Assembly: GCA_951804945.1 (NCBI GenBank)
Contig: OX638150.1
Coordinates: 50,406,001-50,470,000 of the forward strand
Reading direction: 5' to 3'
Origin: Podarcis cretensis
Lineage: Eukaryota
DNA length: 64,000 bases
Part shown: positions 12,545-27,000 of the stretch, in pieces
Numbering within the stretch: position 1 is the first letter of the stretch
Layout of the letters: each line of letters opens with the position of its first letter
The notes under the pieces: model-generated
The model's input: only the letters and a program-made list of their open reading frames with translations
The model's database searches: none
What the model was told of the DNA's origin: nothing
Position numbers and translations under genes: made by a program

Positions 12545-13974
12545 ATCATATACTTTGCAAAGAACAAGGGTTTTTGCTATACCAGATCACTGCTACAGCA
12601 CTCTGCCTTAAAAATTGGGCAATTATATAAGCAAGGAAGGCTCGATGGCAATATCCTGTGTCTGACCATGGAGGTTAGGAGCAGCTTAAAGCCTAACCAG
12701 AAGCAGGCCGCATGTCAACATTTTCTTATAGGTCTAACTTGCAACATCTCTGACATGGTTCATGCCAATATTAATGTATGTTGCTTGGGTGAGAGTAGCC
12801 AAGTTAGCGTAGGGTTGCAAGCAAGTGTGATGGCAAATTATTATTCTTTTCCATGCACCTATTGAAATATTTGGTGGGCTGTTGTTATTTTCAACACACA
12901 GTTTCCTGGTAGACATCCAAATCAGCACATAGCCAGAAATTACAGGTGTCTGACCCTTAAGTGCCCTCAGAGTCCAACAAGCAGATGGTAATAACATAGC
13001 AAACCTAGATCTAAGCTACAGTGTTCCTCAAGCTCACGGCTGCATCGAGTTGTTCAATACTATGGTTGTCAAAACAAACAGAAGCTGAAGGTGAGCCGAA
13101 CCTTTTAATTAAGAAATGCTACTTCAACAACCTCCTGTAATTGAAGCAGATGAGACTGTGTTTATTACACCAATACAAATTATGATTATTAGCCCAGTGG
13201 TGCAAATAAAAACTCAGTGACCAATTCCAAGACAGCCAGCGGTATTATTATTATTATTAATAATAATATTACTATTATTATTATTATTTACTAAGCTTTT
13301 GGGCAATGGCTTTGAGCAACTTAGACTTTAACCTAAGGGCTATATTGTTAATACATATAAGCATTTTAAACTAAAATAAGTCTCCCCTCCAATGAACACA
13401 ATAAGGAGCAGCCAGATACCCAGCTAATCTTTTTAAAAACCCAGTTGTCATGGTTGCATTCACAATCAAGATGCTCACACATTCCAAAAGTGCCTGTCTT
13501 TGAGACTGATATAATGCTAGGTGAATTTTTTAAAAAGTACTAGAGGATAGGTTTGTGTAGCATCCTTTCACGCAGAAGATGTATTACACATTTATTCCAA
13601 ACTATGCTTGGATAGCTACCAAATGAATCATATACTTTGCAAATCTGGTAGCATCTGAAGGGTTTCCTGAGAATGAGGAATCCCAACACAGACTTGGACC
13701 TGATATAAGATGGGACTTCCATTATGGACCATTCTGCAATTTGGAAAACTGCTACACAATAGCTTAGACAATTTCTTTAAGCCACGCAACTCAGTTTATG
13801 GTCAAGTAATGTTGTAACTTTTAGTAACTTTAAGCTTTCTATAAGATAGAAGGGATAGGATCTAGCAAATGAGCAGAGGGAGGAGTTTTTTTTAGGGGAT
13901 GAGGCACCTTGATCCACGCTGCCACTTGCTTTATTTCACATAGTGACGGCATTTTGAGCATGGCTCTGAAGATA

Positions 13975-14460
13975 ATAACTACTACTACTAATAATAATTT
14001 ATTATTTCTACCCAACCCATCTGTTGGGTTTCCTCAGCCACTCTGGGCAGCTTCCAGCAAAATATTAAAACACAATAATTCGTCAAATATTAAAAGCTTC
14101 CCTAAACAGGGCTGCCTTCAGATGTTTTCTAAAAGTCAGATAGTTGTTTATTTCTTTGACATCTGGTGGGAGGGCATTCAACAGGGCGGGCACTACTGTG
14201 GTTTTAACCATCAGTATATTTCAAATGGGAGACAGCTATTATTCAGGCACTCTAGTCCCAAGCAACATTCTGAATTGTGCCCAAAAACAAACTGGCATCC
14301 AGCACGGGTTCTTGAAGATTTGGCAAACTATGGTCTGTGATGCTTCAGCCAGTTGCATTTTGCACCAGTTGTAGTTTCTGGATAATTTTCAAAGTCCGTT
14401 CCCCACCAAATATATTGCAGTAGTCTAGTGAGATGTTCCCAGGGCATGGATTCCTGTAGC
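13975..14460 (-). mobile_element. L2-clade LINE 3' fragments with (TAT/TAG)n tail
   Basis: Tail CCCATCTGTTGGGTTTCCTCAGCCACTCTGGGCAGCTTCC is shared with the 51640 copy. L2-like body (GGGAGGGCATTCAACAGG; TGCATTTTGCACCAGTTGTAG; TTGCAGTAGTCTAG). Confidence 0.65.
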
Positions 14461-14798
14461 CCTGATTTTCTCCTTTTTTCTTTTTAGTAATAAGAACTTC
14501 ACTTGGGAAGATAAGAACAGCCGGGTCTGATGAAATTGTAAGTTACAGCTAATGTAGCCCCCATAATAGCCCCCATACACTCTAATGTGTAATTTTAGGA
14601 GTTGATAACACAGACTTCCATTTAAAAACCAGGAAATTTAAAATGAACCATACAACCATTTCAAGTTTTCAACGATGTATGTGTAAAAAAACATACCCCA
14701 AACTACAAGTATAACATTGTGTCAAAATAGCTGCTAGTTTTAATTTTTGAGAGAAGCTCTCAGGTAATAAATAGGAAACTACATTTCCTGAAATCACA

Positions 14799-15048
14799 GA
14801 GGAACAAATCCAGTGTGATGCTAAGGTGATTGTTCTGTGAGTGCAAGGATTTCTGCATGCATGGCTGAATTATCTCTCCTCCCGCCACAAGATGTTCTGG
14901 AGGTTCTCCTGATCCCCCAAGCCAATTTGAGGGGGGCAGGCATGCATGGGGGGGAGGATGGGGGGGAAGCCCCACTGCGCTACTGGAATTCCTTACACGC
15001 ACATCTGCTAGTGGAACTAGTTAGCTGAATTCAGCCTCAACAGTTTCC

Positions 15049-15091
<43 letters not shown>

Positions 15092-15810
15092 CCTTGCACT
15101 CATAAGTTTACCATTTCAGAGATTCCTTTCTACTTTCTGCCTCTTCAAGGAGGTTTTCAAATCTTCTTCACTGCCCCAAATGTAAGAACTTTGAAGGTGA
15201 AATACAGAATCTTAGATTCAATTGGTTTCAATTTTAAAGCACTGTAAGCTATTGTGGGACAAACACATTCCAACTGCTTTTAGGAGCATTCACAAAGGGA
15301 ATGGCTTGAAACACTTTAGAAAGTGCCTGTAGAAGACATGTCACTTTAGCCAGGCAACTCGATTTGCTGTGGGGCTCTTTTGTTTGAGAGACTGGAATTC
15401 TAAGTAATTTAAAGGAACACTTCCATAGTGCTTTTTGAGAAAACTAGATAGAGGCACCCAACTATAGAAGCAAAGACTTTTCTCTTAATTTGAAGGGCAG
15501 CAATGAGTCCTCTTTTACTGGGCCATGTTTATATTAGTCCTGTCTTTTACTTGTATGGAGGAACAAATCCAGTGTGATGCTAAGGTGATTGTTCTGTGAG
15601 TGCAAGGATTTCTGCATGCATGGCTGAATTATCTCTCCTCCCGCCACAAGATGTTCTGGAGGTTCTCCTGATCCCCCAAGCCAATTTGAGGGGGGCAGGC
15701 ATGCATGGGGGGGGGGAGGATGGGGGGGAAGCCCCACTGCGCTACTGGAATTCCTTACACGCACATCTGCTAGTGGAACTAGTTAGCTGAATTCAGCCTC
15801 AACAGTTTCC

Positions 15811-15856
<46 letters not shown>

Positions 15857-16321
15857 CCTTGCACTCATAAGTTTACCATTTCAGAGATTCCTTTCTACTT
15901 TCTGCCTCTTCAAGGAGGTTTTCAAATCTTCTCCACTGCCCCAAATGTAAGAACTTTGAAGGTGAAATACAGAATCTTAGATTCAATTGGTTTCAATTTT
16001 AAAGCACTGTAAGCTATTGTGGGACAAACACATTCCAACTGCTTTTAGGAGCATTCACAAAGGGAATGGCTTGAAACATTTTAGAAAGTGCCTGTAGAAG
16101 ACATGTCACTTTAGCCAGGCAACTCGATTTGCTGTGGGGCTCTTTTGTTTGAGAGACTGGAATTCTAAGTAATTTAAAGGAACACTTCCATAGTGCTTTT
16201 TGAGAAAACTAGATAGAGGCACCCAACTATAGAAGCAAAGACTTTTCTCTTAATTTGAAGGGCAGCAATGAGTCCTCTTTTACTGGGCCATGTTTATATT
16301 AGTCCTGTCTTTTACTTGTAT
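14799..16321. repeat. Tandem duplication of about 760 bp (copy 1 14799-15556, copy 2 15558-16321)
   Basis: The copies differ only in G7 vs G10, (AAT)13 vs (AAT)14 and two substitutions, as far as I could see by eye. The ORF track shows duplicated ORFs (14837 and 15596). Confidence 0.95.
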
Positions 16322-17390
16322 TTGGGTTTCTTTGGGTTTCTTACTTGCTTGTTTTTAATTGCTTTTGTTGTAAGTTGCTTTGGGAGAGACAAGGGACTAA
16401 TAAATATAATATAGTGGAATGGAATACATAAATAAATAAATATGCAGAGAAAGATCATGTAGGCGGTACAATTTGTACCACTTGAAGTGTGATTATAACA
16501 TACATTTCTTCTGAACAGCGAAACATATTTTTCAGGGTGGGGATGTGGAGAATGGGATGCTCAGTCTAAATCTTATGTCGTGTTTATAACCTTTTGAAAA
16601 TAAGAAATAAATGGGAACGTGGCCTATGCTGAAATGAAGCCTTTTTGGACATGCCAGTTTCTTCGTGTGATGATTTTTCCATCCTCCCAGATAATGAATA
16701 ATTCCATCCCTGACACCCCCTTGTTGCTTCGCTGCATTGTACATTCATCTAAATACTTCACTAAAACTAATCTTTGCTGATCTTTTCAAAGTCTCAACAT
16801 AAGATTTATTGGAATATGTCAGGACTCAGCATGTGCTGGAATAAATGTGACCTTTAAACTAATATTTGGGTTTCTTCCCATCATGGCAGCAATCCTAGTT
16901 TTGATATTTTTCACCTTTTCCTTTAGTCATAAAGCATTTTCCACCAGGCATGGGAATCAAACTCAGATTGCAAGACCCTCAACTGGCAGTTGAAAAGCTC
17001 AGTTTGGAAATGGAAGGAATAAAGAATCTCCTAAATGAGTACTGTGTTAGGGATCCATGTGTGACATAGAGATCTCACCGTTTTGTTGCATAATAGGAAG
17101 AAAAAGCCATTAACAAAGCACTGTGAGATACTGCAGCTATTACTTGAGTTTGATTTTCATGGGCAAAGAAAAGTCTAAAGGAAAGGACAGGTGATGCACA
17201 CTTATTTATTTATTTATTTATTTATACGTGCAGCTCTGCTTCCCCACATTTAGGGGTCCTCAGAACAGCAGAGTTCATTTCGTTCTCAGGCACTACTAGC
17301 ATCACACAGTTGGGTGTTAAACTCTTGTGACATTTGACAAATGCCCCACAGTGGACCCGTTTATTTATTAATGCTGCCTACCTAATAAAC

Positions 17391-17526
17391 CAGGCATAGG
17401 CAAACTCCAGCCCTCCAGATGTTTGGGACTACAATTCCCATCATCCCTAGCTAACAGGACAAATGGTCAGGGATGATGGGAATTGTAGTCCCAAACATCT
17501 GGAGGGCGGGAGTTTGCCTATGCCTG
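17391..17526. mobile_element. Palindromic hAT-type MITE (same family as 5760-5895)
   Basis: TIR CAGGCATAGGCAAACTCC; perfect 8-bp TSD TAATAAAC. Confidence 0.9.
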
Positions 17527-18907
17527 TAATAAACTAGTGTTTCAAATGCAAAGTCATCTTTTGTTTATAGCTAAGAAAAAAGAACCAATTAATTATTAGT
17601 ATGATCAGCCATCTTGAAAAACAGTAAATCATTGGGGTCTTCTGTTCCTATCAGGGGAGCTATTAGCCGATTCATTTGATCTTTGATGTGATTAAATTCC
17701 AACATTCAAAGATTTACATGAGCAATTTAAACTTTATTATCTCTGTGGCTGCCTTACTGTTCCATCTTCAAATGGTTTAGAATTGCACATTAATCCCTTG
17801 TTCTGTAGATATCTCTGGAGGGTCTTTCCCATGCAATAGCACTTAGCTTTGTGAGATAATAACTGTATGTAATCATAAAATCTTCATAGCCATCAATAGA
17901 ACAGTCTGCCATAATGTTAAACAAGAGTTTCCAATGGCTTGAGCCAATTTAATCATATACTCCTGATTATTTTTTACTATCAAGGGGCAGTTCAAACACC
18001 AAAATCAAAGGCTTTTCTTATGTTTGATCATTTATTTAAGCCATCAGATGTGCATACTCAAAGTATCAACCCAGCCAGACAAAAAAAGAAGAGAGAAACT
18101 TCTCAAAATTTAAAAGTATTTAAAAACATTATGCAAGACCTTACCATGATTAATTGCTGCAGTTTTAAGCAAATTCTCATTTAATTCCAATAAGAAACCA
18201 TGAAGTAGTAACCTGTGGATCAGCTGGAAATATGGCAGAAGCTACTGTGTAACTGGGACTCTTAAAGTCAGTCTGACCACTATCTGTATTAATGCAATGT
18301 TTTTCATCCTCCTTTTATATTAGGCTATAAGCTCCTCGATGGCAGGCCCTCCTCTATTTGTTTTTTTACTGTTGTGCTTATGAATAATCATAATATTTAT
18401 ATAAAGAAAAAAATGATCAGTAAGTCAGCTGCCTCAGTTTAACTTATTTTCTTTTAAAACAGAGTTGAACGACATGCTAAACCAAACAATGGCTTAGTCT
18501 AGCTCAGCAGCAAAACAGCAGGGGAGGAGCAAAGTGCCTGTGATCTTTTCAGGAGACAGAATGTTTGCTCATAAGGACTAAGTCCTTAGCACTACATGCC
18601 AGCAAGCAGTACATCTCTTAGCCTAAACTACCAAACAGGGTCATCACTAAGACAGAACAGCATCAATACAGGTAGCCCATTTTAAGTTCTTTGGAGGGAA
18701 AGTGGGACAAAAACATGACTGGAAAAGAAAGAAGAACAGGAATCCCAGTGGTCAGGAGCAGTGTTTCAATTACCTTGCCTAGATATTCACTCTCAGTACA
18801 ATCATTGCACATATATTAATCCACATTAGGTATCTAACTTCACTTAAACTTTATATGGATACTAATTACCAAGACCAATCACTGCCTAAGTATACAGAGG
18901 TGACATA

Positions 18908-19103
18908 CAGTCATACCTTGGATCCCAAACGCCTTGGTACTCAGACGTTTTGGCTTCCAAATGCCACAAACCCAGAAGTGAGGGTTCCTGTTTGTGAATG
19001 TTCTTTGGAACCCAAATGTCTGATGGAGCTTCTGCGGCTTCTGATTGCCTGCAGGAGCTTCCTGCAGCCAATCAGAAGCCGTTCAACTTCCAAGGTACGA
19101 CTG
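18908..19103. mobile_element. Tc1/mariner-type MITE with internal hairpin
   Basis: TIR CAGTCATACCTTGGA...TCCAAGGTACGACTG with TA on the left. Internal inverted repeat GGCTTCTGATTGCCTGCAGGA/TCCTGCAGCCAATCAGAAGCC. Confidence 0.75.
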
Positions 19104-21810
19104 CATATGTATCTTGAGGCCAGGGAGGTGGGAAGAGCCAAGTGCAAAACAGTGGCTCAGAGAGCACAGTCGCTCTTCTACAAATCATACAGCAACCTGC
19201 CAGCAGGACCCAATTTACCTTCTACTCACCTGTACTCCAGAATACATTGAAATACTGGGAAGAACTGAATGTTGTGATGTTGCAAACATTCCACCGGCAA
19301 AAGCATTTCTGCTTGCTTGCTGGTACAATCTCCCCTCTGCTAATCTCATGTGCAGTTCTGGGGGTTCTCCTGACACTTCAGAGTGGGTTTTGGGGAGGCG
19401 GAAAGCCCCAGTGCAAGTCCTTACATGGGCTTCTGTTAGTGGAACAAGTTAGTTGAATCTGGCCCATTTTGTTCTTGTGTATAGGACATCCCTTGGGGAT
19501 GTAGAATATCTCCAAGGTCAATATCAGCACGACCTTGTCTAAATGCCATCTTCTCATAGCAGAAGGGCAAGCTACAGCCAATACTTCCTGCCTTTGAAAG
19601 GAAACCGCGCCTGTGCATTAAATGTGAAAAGAGCAGAAAGATAGAATGAACCAAAGTCTTGCTAAATTCCCATGATGTTCTTTACATGAAACCTATAGTA
19701 AACATCAGTACAATACAATTTCTTCAAAAGCAGGCAGAGTATTTGCCTGGCAAAACAGCATGCTCAGGGGGGCTTGTATGGTGAAGCCTGATATGTTGTA
19801 CACTGTGCACACTGCATTTAACATGTGTGCTCTCTGACAGTGTGACACAGCATCTCTGATGGTGTGACAGTGCTGCACACCAGGCTGCCTTCAGTTCACT
19901 GCATCTTTTTTTCTATGAGGTAAAAGTTTTCCAAGGTTCAGTAGTCAATGCTTTTAGAATAAATACCCCTTAGGTACTTCACACAACATTTACTGTCACC
20001 AAAGCTTTCTCGGTGTAGTTGATGATTAAACACAGCAGCAAAGAGCTGGCATGTACATGAGAACAATTTCCTAGACAAAATTAGCTTCCATGCAGGCAAA
20101 AGTGCATCAGACAGCAACTAACGAGTACTTTCACTGAACTGCAGAAGAGCCTCTAGAGAGATAAAAAATATATATAACAAAGCTATGTCTCTGAAGCCTC
20201 TAGAATTCTAATGCAGAAATGAAGTGAGGTTTTCTCTCTCTTTCTCTCTCTCCTTCGATGTCTGCTCTGGGATACTTGAGTCATGTTGTATTTTTCTCTA
20301 GAACTGCATGTAAGATAACAATTAGGGAGACCAACAAACAATTAGGCAGACCTGATGAGTTGCGGACCTTGGGATCTCAAATTTCAGCAGCGCCCTGTGT
20401 GACCCTGAAAGTTCCTCCAATCAGCGAACTTCCTTTGAGCCCAGATATAATATGGTCTACCACAACATAACATGCCAATGACTTCACAAGTGATATAAAG
20501 CTTCATTAACTATATGCTAGCTCCTTACAATACTACCGTAGCATACACTGACTATTGTCATCAGATCAAGGCCTGCTCCATACTCCCTCTTTGTGATGAG
20601 CAAAATAATTCTCAAACATTTGGGAATGGCTCCCGAGTGAACTCAGAAACAAGTACCACAAAGGAATGTGAAAGAGGTTGCAAAATTCATTTTGCATGGC
20701 CTTTGGTAGTTAAAAGGAAAATTATGGCCATGAGATATATTTTTCAGTGGTTGCTCTACTACAGCTCCCATCATCCCTGACCATGTTGGTTGGGTCTGAT
20801 GGGACTTATATCCAAAACATCTGGAAGGCACCAAGTTCAGGAAACCTGGTTTAAGCCATGTTGAGTATGCACATGTCTCACATCAGGGCTGGGAAACCTG
20901 TGGCTCTGCAGGTGTAGGACTCCTACTGCCATCAGTTCCAACCAGCATGGCCAGTGGTAATCACCAAGGTGGCCACACTTTCCCCTGCCTTATATAAATA
21001 TACCTTATGCTTCCCTCGCTCCATATTTTATTGTGTTTTTAACCAACATGGTATTGAAGTACAACTTTGAATTCCTCTTAATTTCAGACCAGCCCCTCCC
21101 CCGCCCAAGCCATCATTTCATTGGCAACTTTCATGCTGAGAAAGTTAACAGCCTCTAATTTGGATATTTTCATGAAAATTTATTCAGAGAACTTGAGGGA
21201 GAGAATGTGTGTGTTACTGAACAGACTGTTCCAGATATGCATCTTTATGAATCAGTTTGTCACAGCTGTATCTTTGAGCCAATGAGAGCCATCTGCACTG
21301 CTCACTTCCATCCTCTGTTGTAAATCACTTCGCCTAATTAGTTCCAATTAAGTGCTTCAGGCAATTTCTTGATCTCAGTCATTTTCTTCATTTAATTGTA
21401 GTAACACATTGTGCTATCCTTAGGATCAGCACTTTTCACAGTATTTTAATCCAGTAGCTAAAGGGGTTAATTGGCCTGCAGGGTATACAGAAGGACATGA
21501 TAGGAACCTCTGCCCTCCTGTCAGTTTCAAGTAATTAATAATAATTAATTGTTCTTCATACAAAAAATATTTCTACAGATACAGATGCATTAAGATGTGG
21601 GGAATATGGCTTTAGTTTTCTCACTGTAACACTGGCACTTCTGCCTCATTTTCCAGTGTTCCCTTCACATTGCAGCGCTTGTGTTATGGAATTGTGGATT
21701 TTTGACAGGTATACTGACATGTCACGCTAGATTTCATTCACATCAGAGGGAATGCTGTGACACAACAATCAATACTGGACAACATCATCGCTCTCCTACC
21801 CTTTCCACAC

Positions 21811-21968
21811 ATAGAATCATAGAACTGTAGAGTTGGAAGAGACCCTCAGGTTAGATTATCTAGTCCCACCCCTTGCAGTGTAGGAATATGCAGCTGTCCC
21901 ATATGGAGATTAACCCTGCAACCTTGGTGTTATCAGCACCACACTATAACCAACTGAGCTATCCAGGC
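21811..21968 (-). mobile_element. tRNA-derived SINE with CR1-like (ATTCT) tail
   Basis: Minus-strand head TAGCTCAGTTGGTTATAGTGTGGTGCTGATAACACCAAGGTTGCAGGGTTAATCTCC is tRNA-like; tail is CTCTACAGTTCTATGATTCTAT. Confidence 0.7.
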
Positions 21969-22134
21969 TGCTTCTGTTTCCCCTTTGATTCCTGTATAAA
22001 AACAACAGAAAACCCCACTTGGTTTTCTGAGTTAAGGTGGCAGCATCCCCCCTCCCCTGGAATCAAATAACATGGAAATGAACACTTAAAATGCACCACA
22101 TTCCATCGGTTTTATTAAAGTGGCTTTTGCATTA

Positions 22135-22381
22135 CAGTGGTACCTCAGGTTATAGACGCTTCTGGTTACAGATGCTTCAGGTTACAGATGCTTCAGGTTA
22201 CACACTCTGCTAACCCAGAAATAGTACCTCAGGTCAAGAACTTTGCTTCAGGATGAGAACAGAAATCATGTGGCAGCAGCAAAAGGCCCCATTAGATAAA
22301 GTGGTGCCTCAGGTTAAGAACAGTTTCAGGTTAAGAACGGACCTCCAGAATGAATTAAGTTCTTAACCTGAGATACCACTG
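22135..22381 (+). mobile_element. Tc1/mariner (Tigger-like) MITE, copy 1 of 4
   Basis: TA-CAGTGGTACCTCAGGTTA...TAACCTGAGATACCACTG-TA; internal CTTCAGGTTA repeats. Confidence 0.88.
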
Positions 22382-23786
22382 TATGTGAAACTGTAAATAT
22401 AATGTTGAAATCACAGTTAGGGTAACATCAGAGAAATGGAATGAAGTGCTGCGTGAACACAGCCAATGACATGCAGGTCCAGGGATGTATTCTCTAATGA
22501 TTCCCATCAGCACAAGAAATTCTGTTTGTACAACAAGACTTCCCTCCCATGCCCTCCATACCATCCACTCTCAAACCTGCTGCAGATGGTTGAGAGAAAA
22601 TCTAGAGCAGATCTAGGGGTCCACAAGGAAAGGGGGGGGAGAGAATATTCCATTGTGCAAGCAGAAATCCTTGCACTGATGGAACTTTCATCTCAGTGGA
22701 TTCCACCCACTAACATAAGACATACATACAAATTGCACCCATGTTGTAAGGACTTCATCCTCACACATTCATGAAACCATCACTATTGAATGCTACAAGA
22801 ACGACCAATTTATTACTCTTCATATTCTGTAAAAATGACCATGTTCACTGATTTTATTGAAGCTAACGACTTGAGAGTAAAACAGAAACAAAACCAGATT
22901 TACCCATATCTGGCACATAAGCCAGATTTACCCAAACAGGCTATTCTGAAAAAACGCAAATTTGATATGTGTGTATACAGAACAAGCATGGCGAGTCAAG
23001 CTAATAATCTAATAATAAATACTCCCTCATTGCAGGGGTAAGCTAAAACACGCATTCTGTGCAAGAGCTTCTATCTGTGTCAGAGGAAACACATTCTAGA
23101 TCAATTTGTACTGGTGAAAATATGGTGTAACTTCATTGACATTAGACCACCTCACTGCTATCTCTGACAGTTTGGCGAATGTTAAGTGCACACTACCAAC
23201 AAAACAAAACCTTCGTCTGGAATTCATTTACGGACTACCGCAGCATTAGATGATAATTGCTACATTTTAGGTACAACATCCTCACCAATGTATCCATCTT
23301 AATAGTTAAAATTAGTCTAGGTGAAGCCTTTTCTTGTAGAGAACTCACAGTAAAACAGGCTTGATCATAATTAGGCCTGGCAGGAGCAGACTGTCAATTA
23401 CAGAACAAATGCAAGAAGAGCCAAGTGACATATATCTGCCTGCAGCTGTTACAGATGCTGCAGGATGACATTAAACTGGAAACTGCACCACTTGATTAAT
23501 GCCTTGAGGCAATGCTCAGGTAATTAATGAAGTAAACAGGGTCAGCGCTACAATGGCTGCTTTGGCACAGATTGCTGTACTCTTGTATTTTTGAGAGGGC
23601 TAAAGATTTTTGATCACACACTAAAAGAATGGAAAAAGTAAGAAAACAAGTAGTAGGAAAAGGCCCAAACACGAAAACAGAATTGACTCTCAGTTGAAAA
23701 GGGCGAGTCAAAATTGCCATAAAGAACTAAAGGAGGTTTGAAATCACCTACTGCATTTTATCCCCTGGAGATGTGAAACTCTTATA

Positions 23787-24028
23787 CAGTGGTACCTCCG
23801 GTTACATATGCTTTAGGTTACATACACTTCAGGTTACAGACTCCGCTAACCCAGAAATAGTACCTCAGGTTAAGAACTTTGATTCAGGATGAGAACAGGA
23901 ATCGTGCTCCGGCAGCGCAGCAGCAGCAGGAGGCCCCATTAGCTAAAGTGGTGCTTCAGGTTAAGAACAGTTTCAGGTTAAGAACGGACCTCTGGAACGA
24001 ATTAAGTACATAACCAGAGGTACCACTG
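23787..24028 (+). mobile_element. Tc1/mariner (Tigger-like) MITE, copy 2 of 4
   Basis: TA-CAGTGGTACCTCCGGTTA...TAACCAGAGGTACCACTG-TA. Confidence 0.88.
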
Positions 24029-27000
24029 TATACAAAGAAATAAAGAAAATGTATGTGACTTAAACATCTTTTTTTTTTTATTTGATCAGGAAATGTAATG
24101 CGTATACAAGTGAATAAAGAGGGCGACATGATAGATGAACAGAGAACTCAAAAATGAATTATGCCTGACGCTGAATAAGAGAGAATGACCTGGAGAGGAG
24201 CAGAGAAAAGTTTGCTCTGCATACTCTCGGATGTACAATATGATAGGTCAAACAGCCAACCATGCCAGTCACAACCAACAGCACAGAATGCAAGGAGTCA
24301 CAGGTTGGAGCAAAGGAAGAAAACTTATTCCAACTCAGTTTGCCTATTACAGACAATGGATCTTAAGAGTCAAAAGCACAGGTCTTTTACATCTACCATT
24401 AAAACCAGATTGTCATAAAACTGGAGATGCCAGGAATTGAACCTGGAACCATCTTCATGTAAAGCAGGCACATTAGCACTAAGCAACAGGCCCTCCACAC
24501 CAAGTTAGAGGAGTCTTAGGGGAAAGTGGTCTTTGTTTCACCATGTTCTCTGTATCATTCCCTTTTTCATTACTACAGTCTTTCATCATGTTATTTTTCT
24601 GCATCTACAGCACAAATTATGGGTACTATTCTGTCCACCAGTGCATGCAGATATTGAAGGAAATATTTAAAGTCATACCGAAAAGCAGATTTGCTCTGTA
24701 GCTTTATTGGAAAGAGATCCATTAAACACCTGCACATGTGCATGCTAAACATACATCACTGTAGAAATACACCATTCATTCAAGCAAACAACCTGCTGGT
24801 TATTTGTTTTGATTTTAGTCATTTTGTCATTGAGCTGCTGCTCAATGTCTTGTCTGCATGATCAGTTTGTTGACATATACTTGGATTTATTGCAGGTGAG
24901 AACATTCTTGGAGCATATCCTCTAAAGCTTAACATAGCATTCAAGCTCACTTTAGAATTCCATATACAGTAATTTACAAAGGCAGTTCAGTTGACCCAAA
25001 GCCCTTACACATCTAAATGCTGCTTTTCTGGTACATATGGCAGTACCATTCAAAGAGCTATGACAATTATACTGTTTATAGCTCTGAAAATGGCGCTGCC
25101 ATCTGCACCATAATTCACCAGGAAGGCAGAGTTCAACAGGTGGACAGTCGTTTGGTCTGCCGATCTAGCATGCTAAGTTTGTAGCTATCACCCTGGGAAC
25201 TGGACTGAAAACAAAACAAGCACAACATGGATTGGACAGAAAACCTTCTAGCTTCCAACTCTGTGAGAAAGTTCATTTTCCAAATTTGTATTATTAGCAG
25301 CTGGAGAAAATTCTATTTTGTTGGTCACATGGGATATCCCAGTAGTCAATAATTTCTCATACACCACCTTTTGCCACCATTTAGCCAGTAAGAAGCTTCT
25401 CAGAGGTAGAACAAGTTCTTCTTCTCTTTTCAGATGCATCACAACAGAAGAGGAAAAGAATATTTGCTTGTATGATGTCCTGTTTGCAGGTATATCTTCT
25501 TTGCTGCAGTGCAGTGTAAAACACTCAATTTTCATGACAATGTTTGGCCAGCATACACATTGGACAATGATTCACAAAAGCATTCCTGTACTTCTCCACT
25601 TCAGTATCTCCTCAAGATGCCCCTCTTTGCTCTGGCTTTTGACACCTGAGATGAATATTTTTAGCACCCATTTTGTCTTTGAGATTGTAAATTTTTTTAA
25701 CATTGTGTTTTAATTGTTGTACCCCACCCTGGCACTTTAGGGTGAAGGATGGTAGTAAAACAAACAAACAAATAATCATTTGCTTTCATTCTTTGTGTTA
25801 CATTGTATGCTGTGCCATGTGGCTGCTTGTTAACAGGCAGGGAGGCATTGTTGGGCCTTGAATCCACAAGCATTGCCATGTAGAACCAATGTCACTGCTG
25901 GTAACAACATCCTAATTATTCTTTGTACTGGTGTACCGCCAAATCTCCCAGAACAAGGGCTTCTTTCCTTGGCTATGTGAATTCCAGATGAAATGCATCC
26001 GTATATAAGAAGAGGCTAGCAACAAGAAAACTTTCTTTCCTAAAATAGTCACAGTGGTTGAGTTGGGCTAGCTATGTGTGCTTCAAACTGAAAAAATGCC
26101 ATTTAAATCCTGAAGTAAGCAAAGTTGGATTCTGCATAGCATGCAAAAGTGATACATACTTTGCATGCATTTTATTTAGAACAATTTATTTGTTCCATGA
26201 AGAAGAACAGAAAGCAATGCATGGCACACCAAAGCCTGGCTCTTAGGAATGGAAATTCTATTAAGTCTCCCTCCCTGATTCTTATGAGATTTAAATCAGA
26301 CACTTTCAGCAGTCCAGCCATATTACGCAGTAAGTTACCTCTTATGCCCCCCCCCTTTTTAAAAAAGCTGTGGCCTCAGGATGCTGAGTTCTGTGCTCAC
26401 TTACCTAATTTTGCACTTTTCAATGCTAAAGCAGAATGATTCATGGAATATACACAGCCTTGGCCTTAATGGACACACCGGAAAATGCACGAAAGAGGAG
26501 AGAACAGAAAAATGCTCTTCTTTTGACACATTATAGATGCCCACAACCATTACTGAAATAAATGTGCAGAATTTCAGCTTGTTTCAGGCCATTCATCAGT
26601 GACACAATTTCCCCCCCTTGGATCTGGGCTTGATTTGAGCCAAGGGAGATAATTAAAAACAAGTAAATGCCTCCAAATACCACTGAGGAGCCAATGTGAG
26701 GCTGTCCTAATGGCACATAACTGGGATGAGGGAAAAGGTGGGACATAAATGCAATAAATAAATAAAAACCCACAGTCCAGCTGCTCAGGGTGGGGAATGG
26801 AGAGGGTAGCCAGCTCCAAGTGAGACCGACTCAGAGTTCAATGTATCCCAGACCAGATCAGCACCGCCCCCTCCTCTCCCTCTGCTAGTGAAGAGCCTGG
26901 CAGCATGTCTCCTGCCTGCCCCTTTTGGAGGCGGAAGATGGTGATCAGTACCAGAGTGGTGCTTGCAGAGGAAGGGACACCACTCAATCCAGCACCTTGA

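Noticed and set aside
21920-21968. tRNA gene
   Set aside because: It is the degenerate tRNA-derived head of a SINE with a CR1-like tail; no intact cloverleaf.
22140-22340. Regularly spaced CAGGTTA repeats as a CRISPR-like array
   Set aside because: They are subterminal repeats of a TA-flanked MITE in eukaryotic DNA, with no unique spacers and no cas genes.
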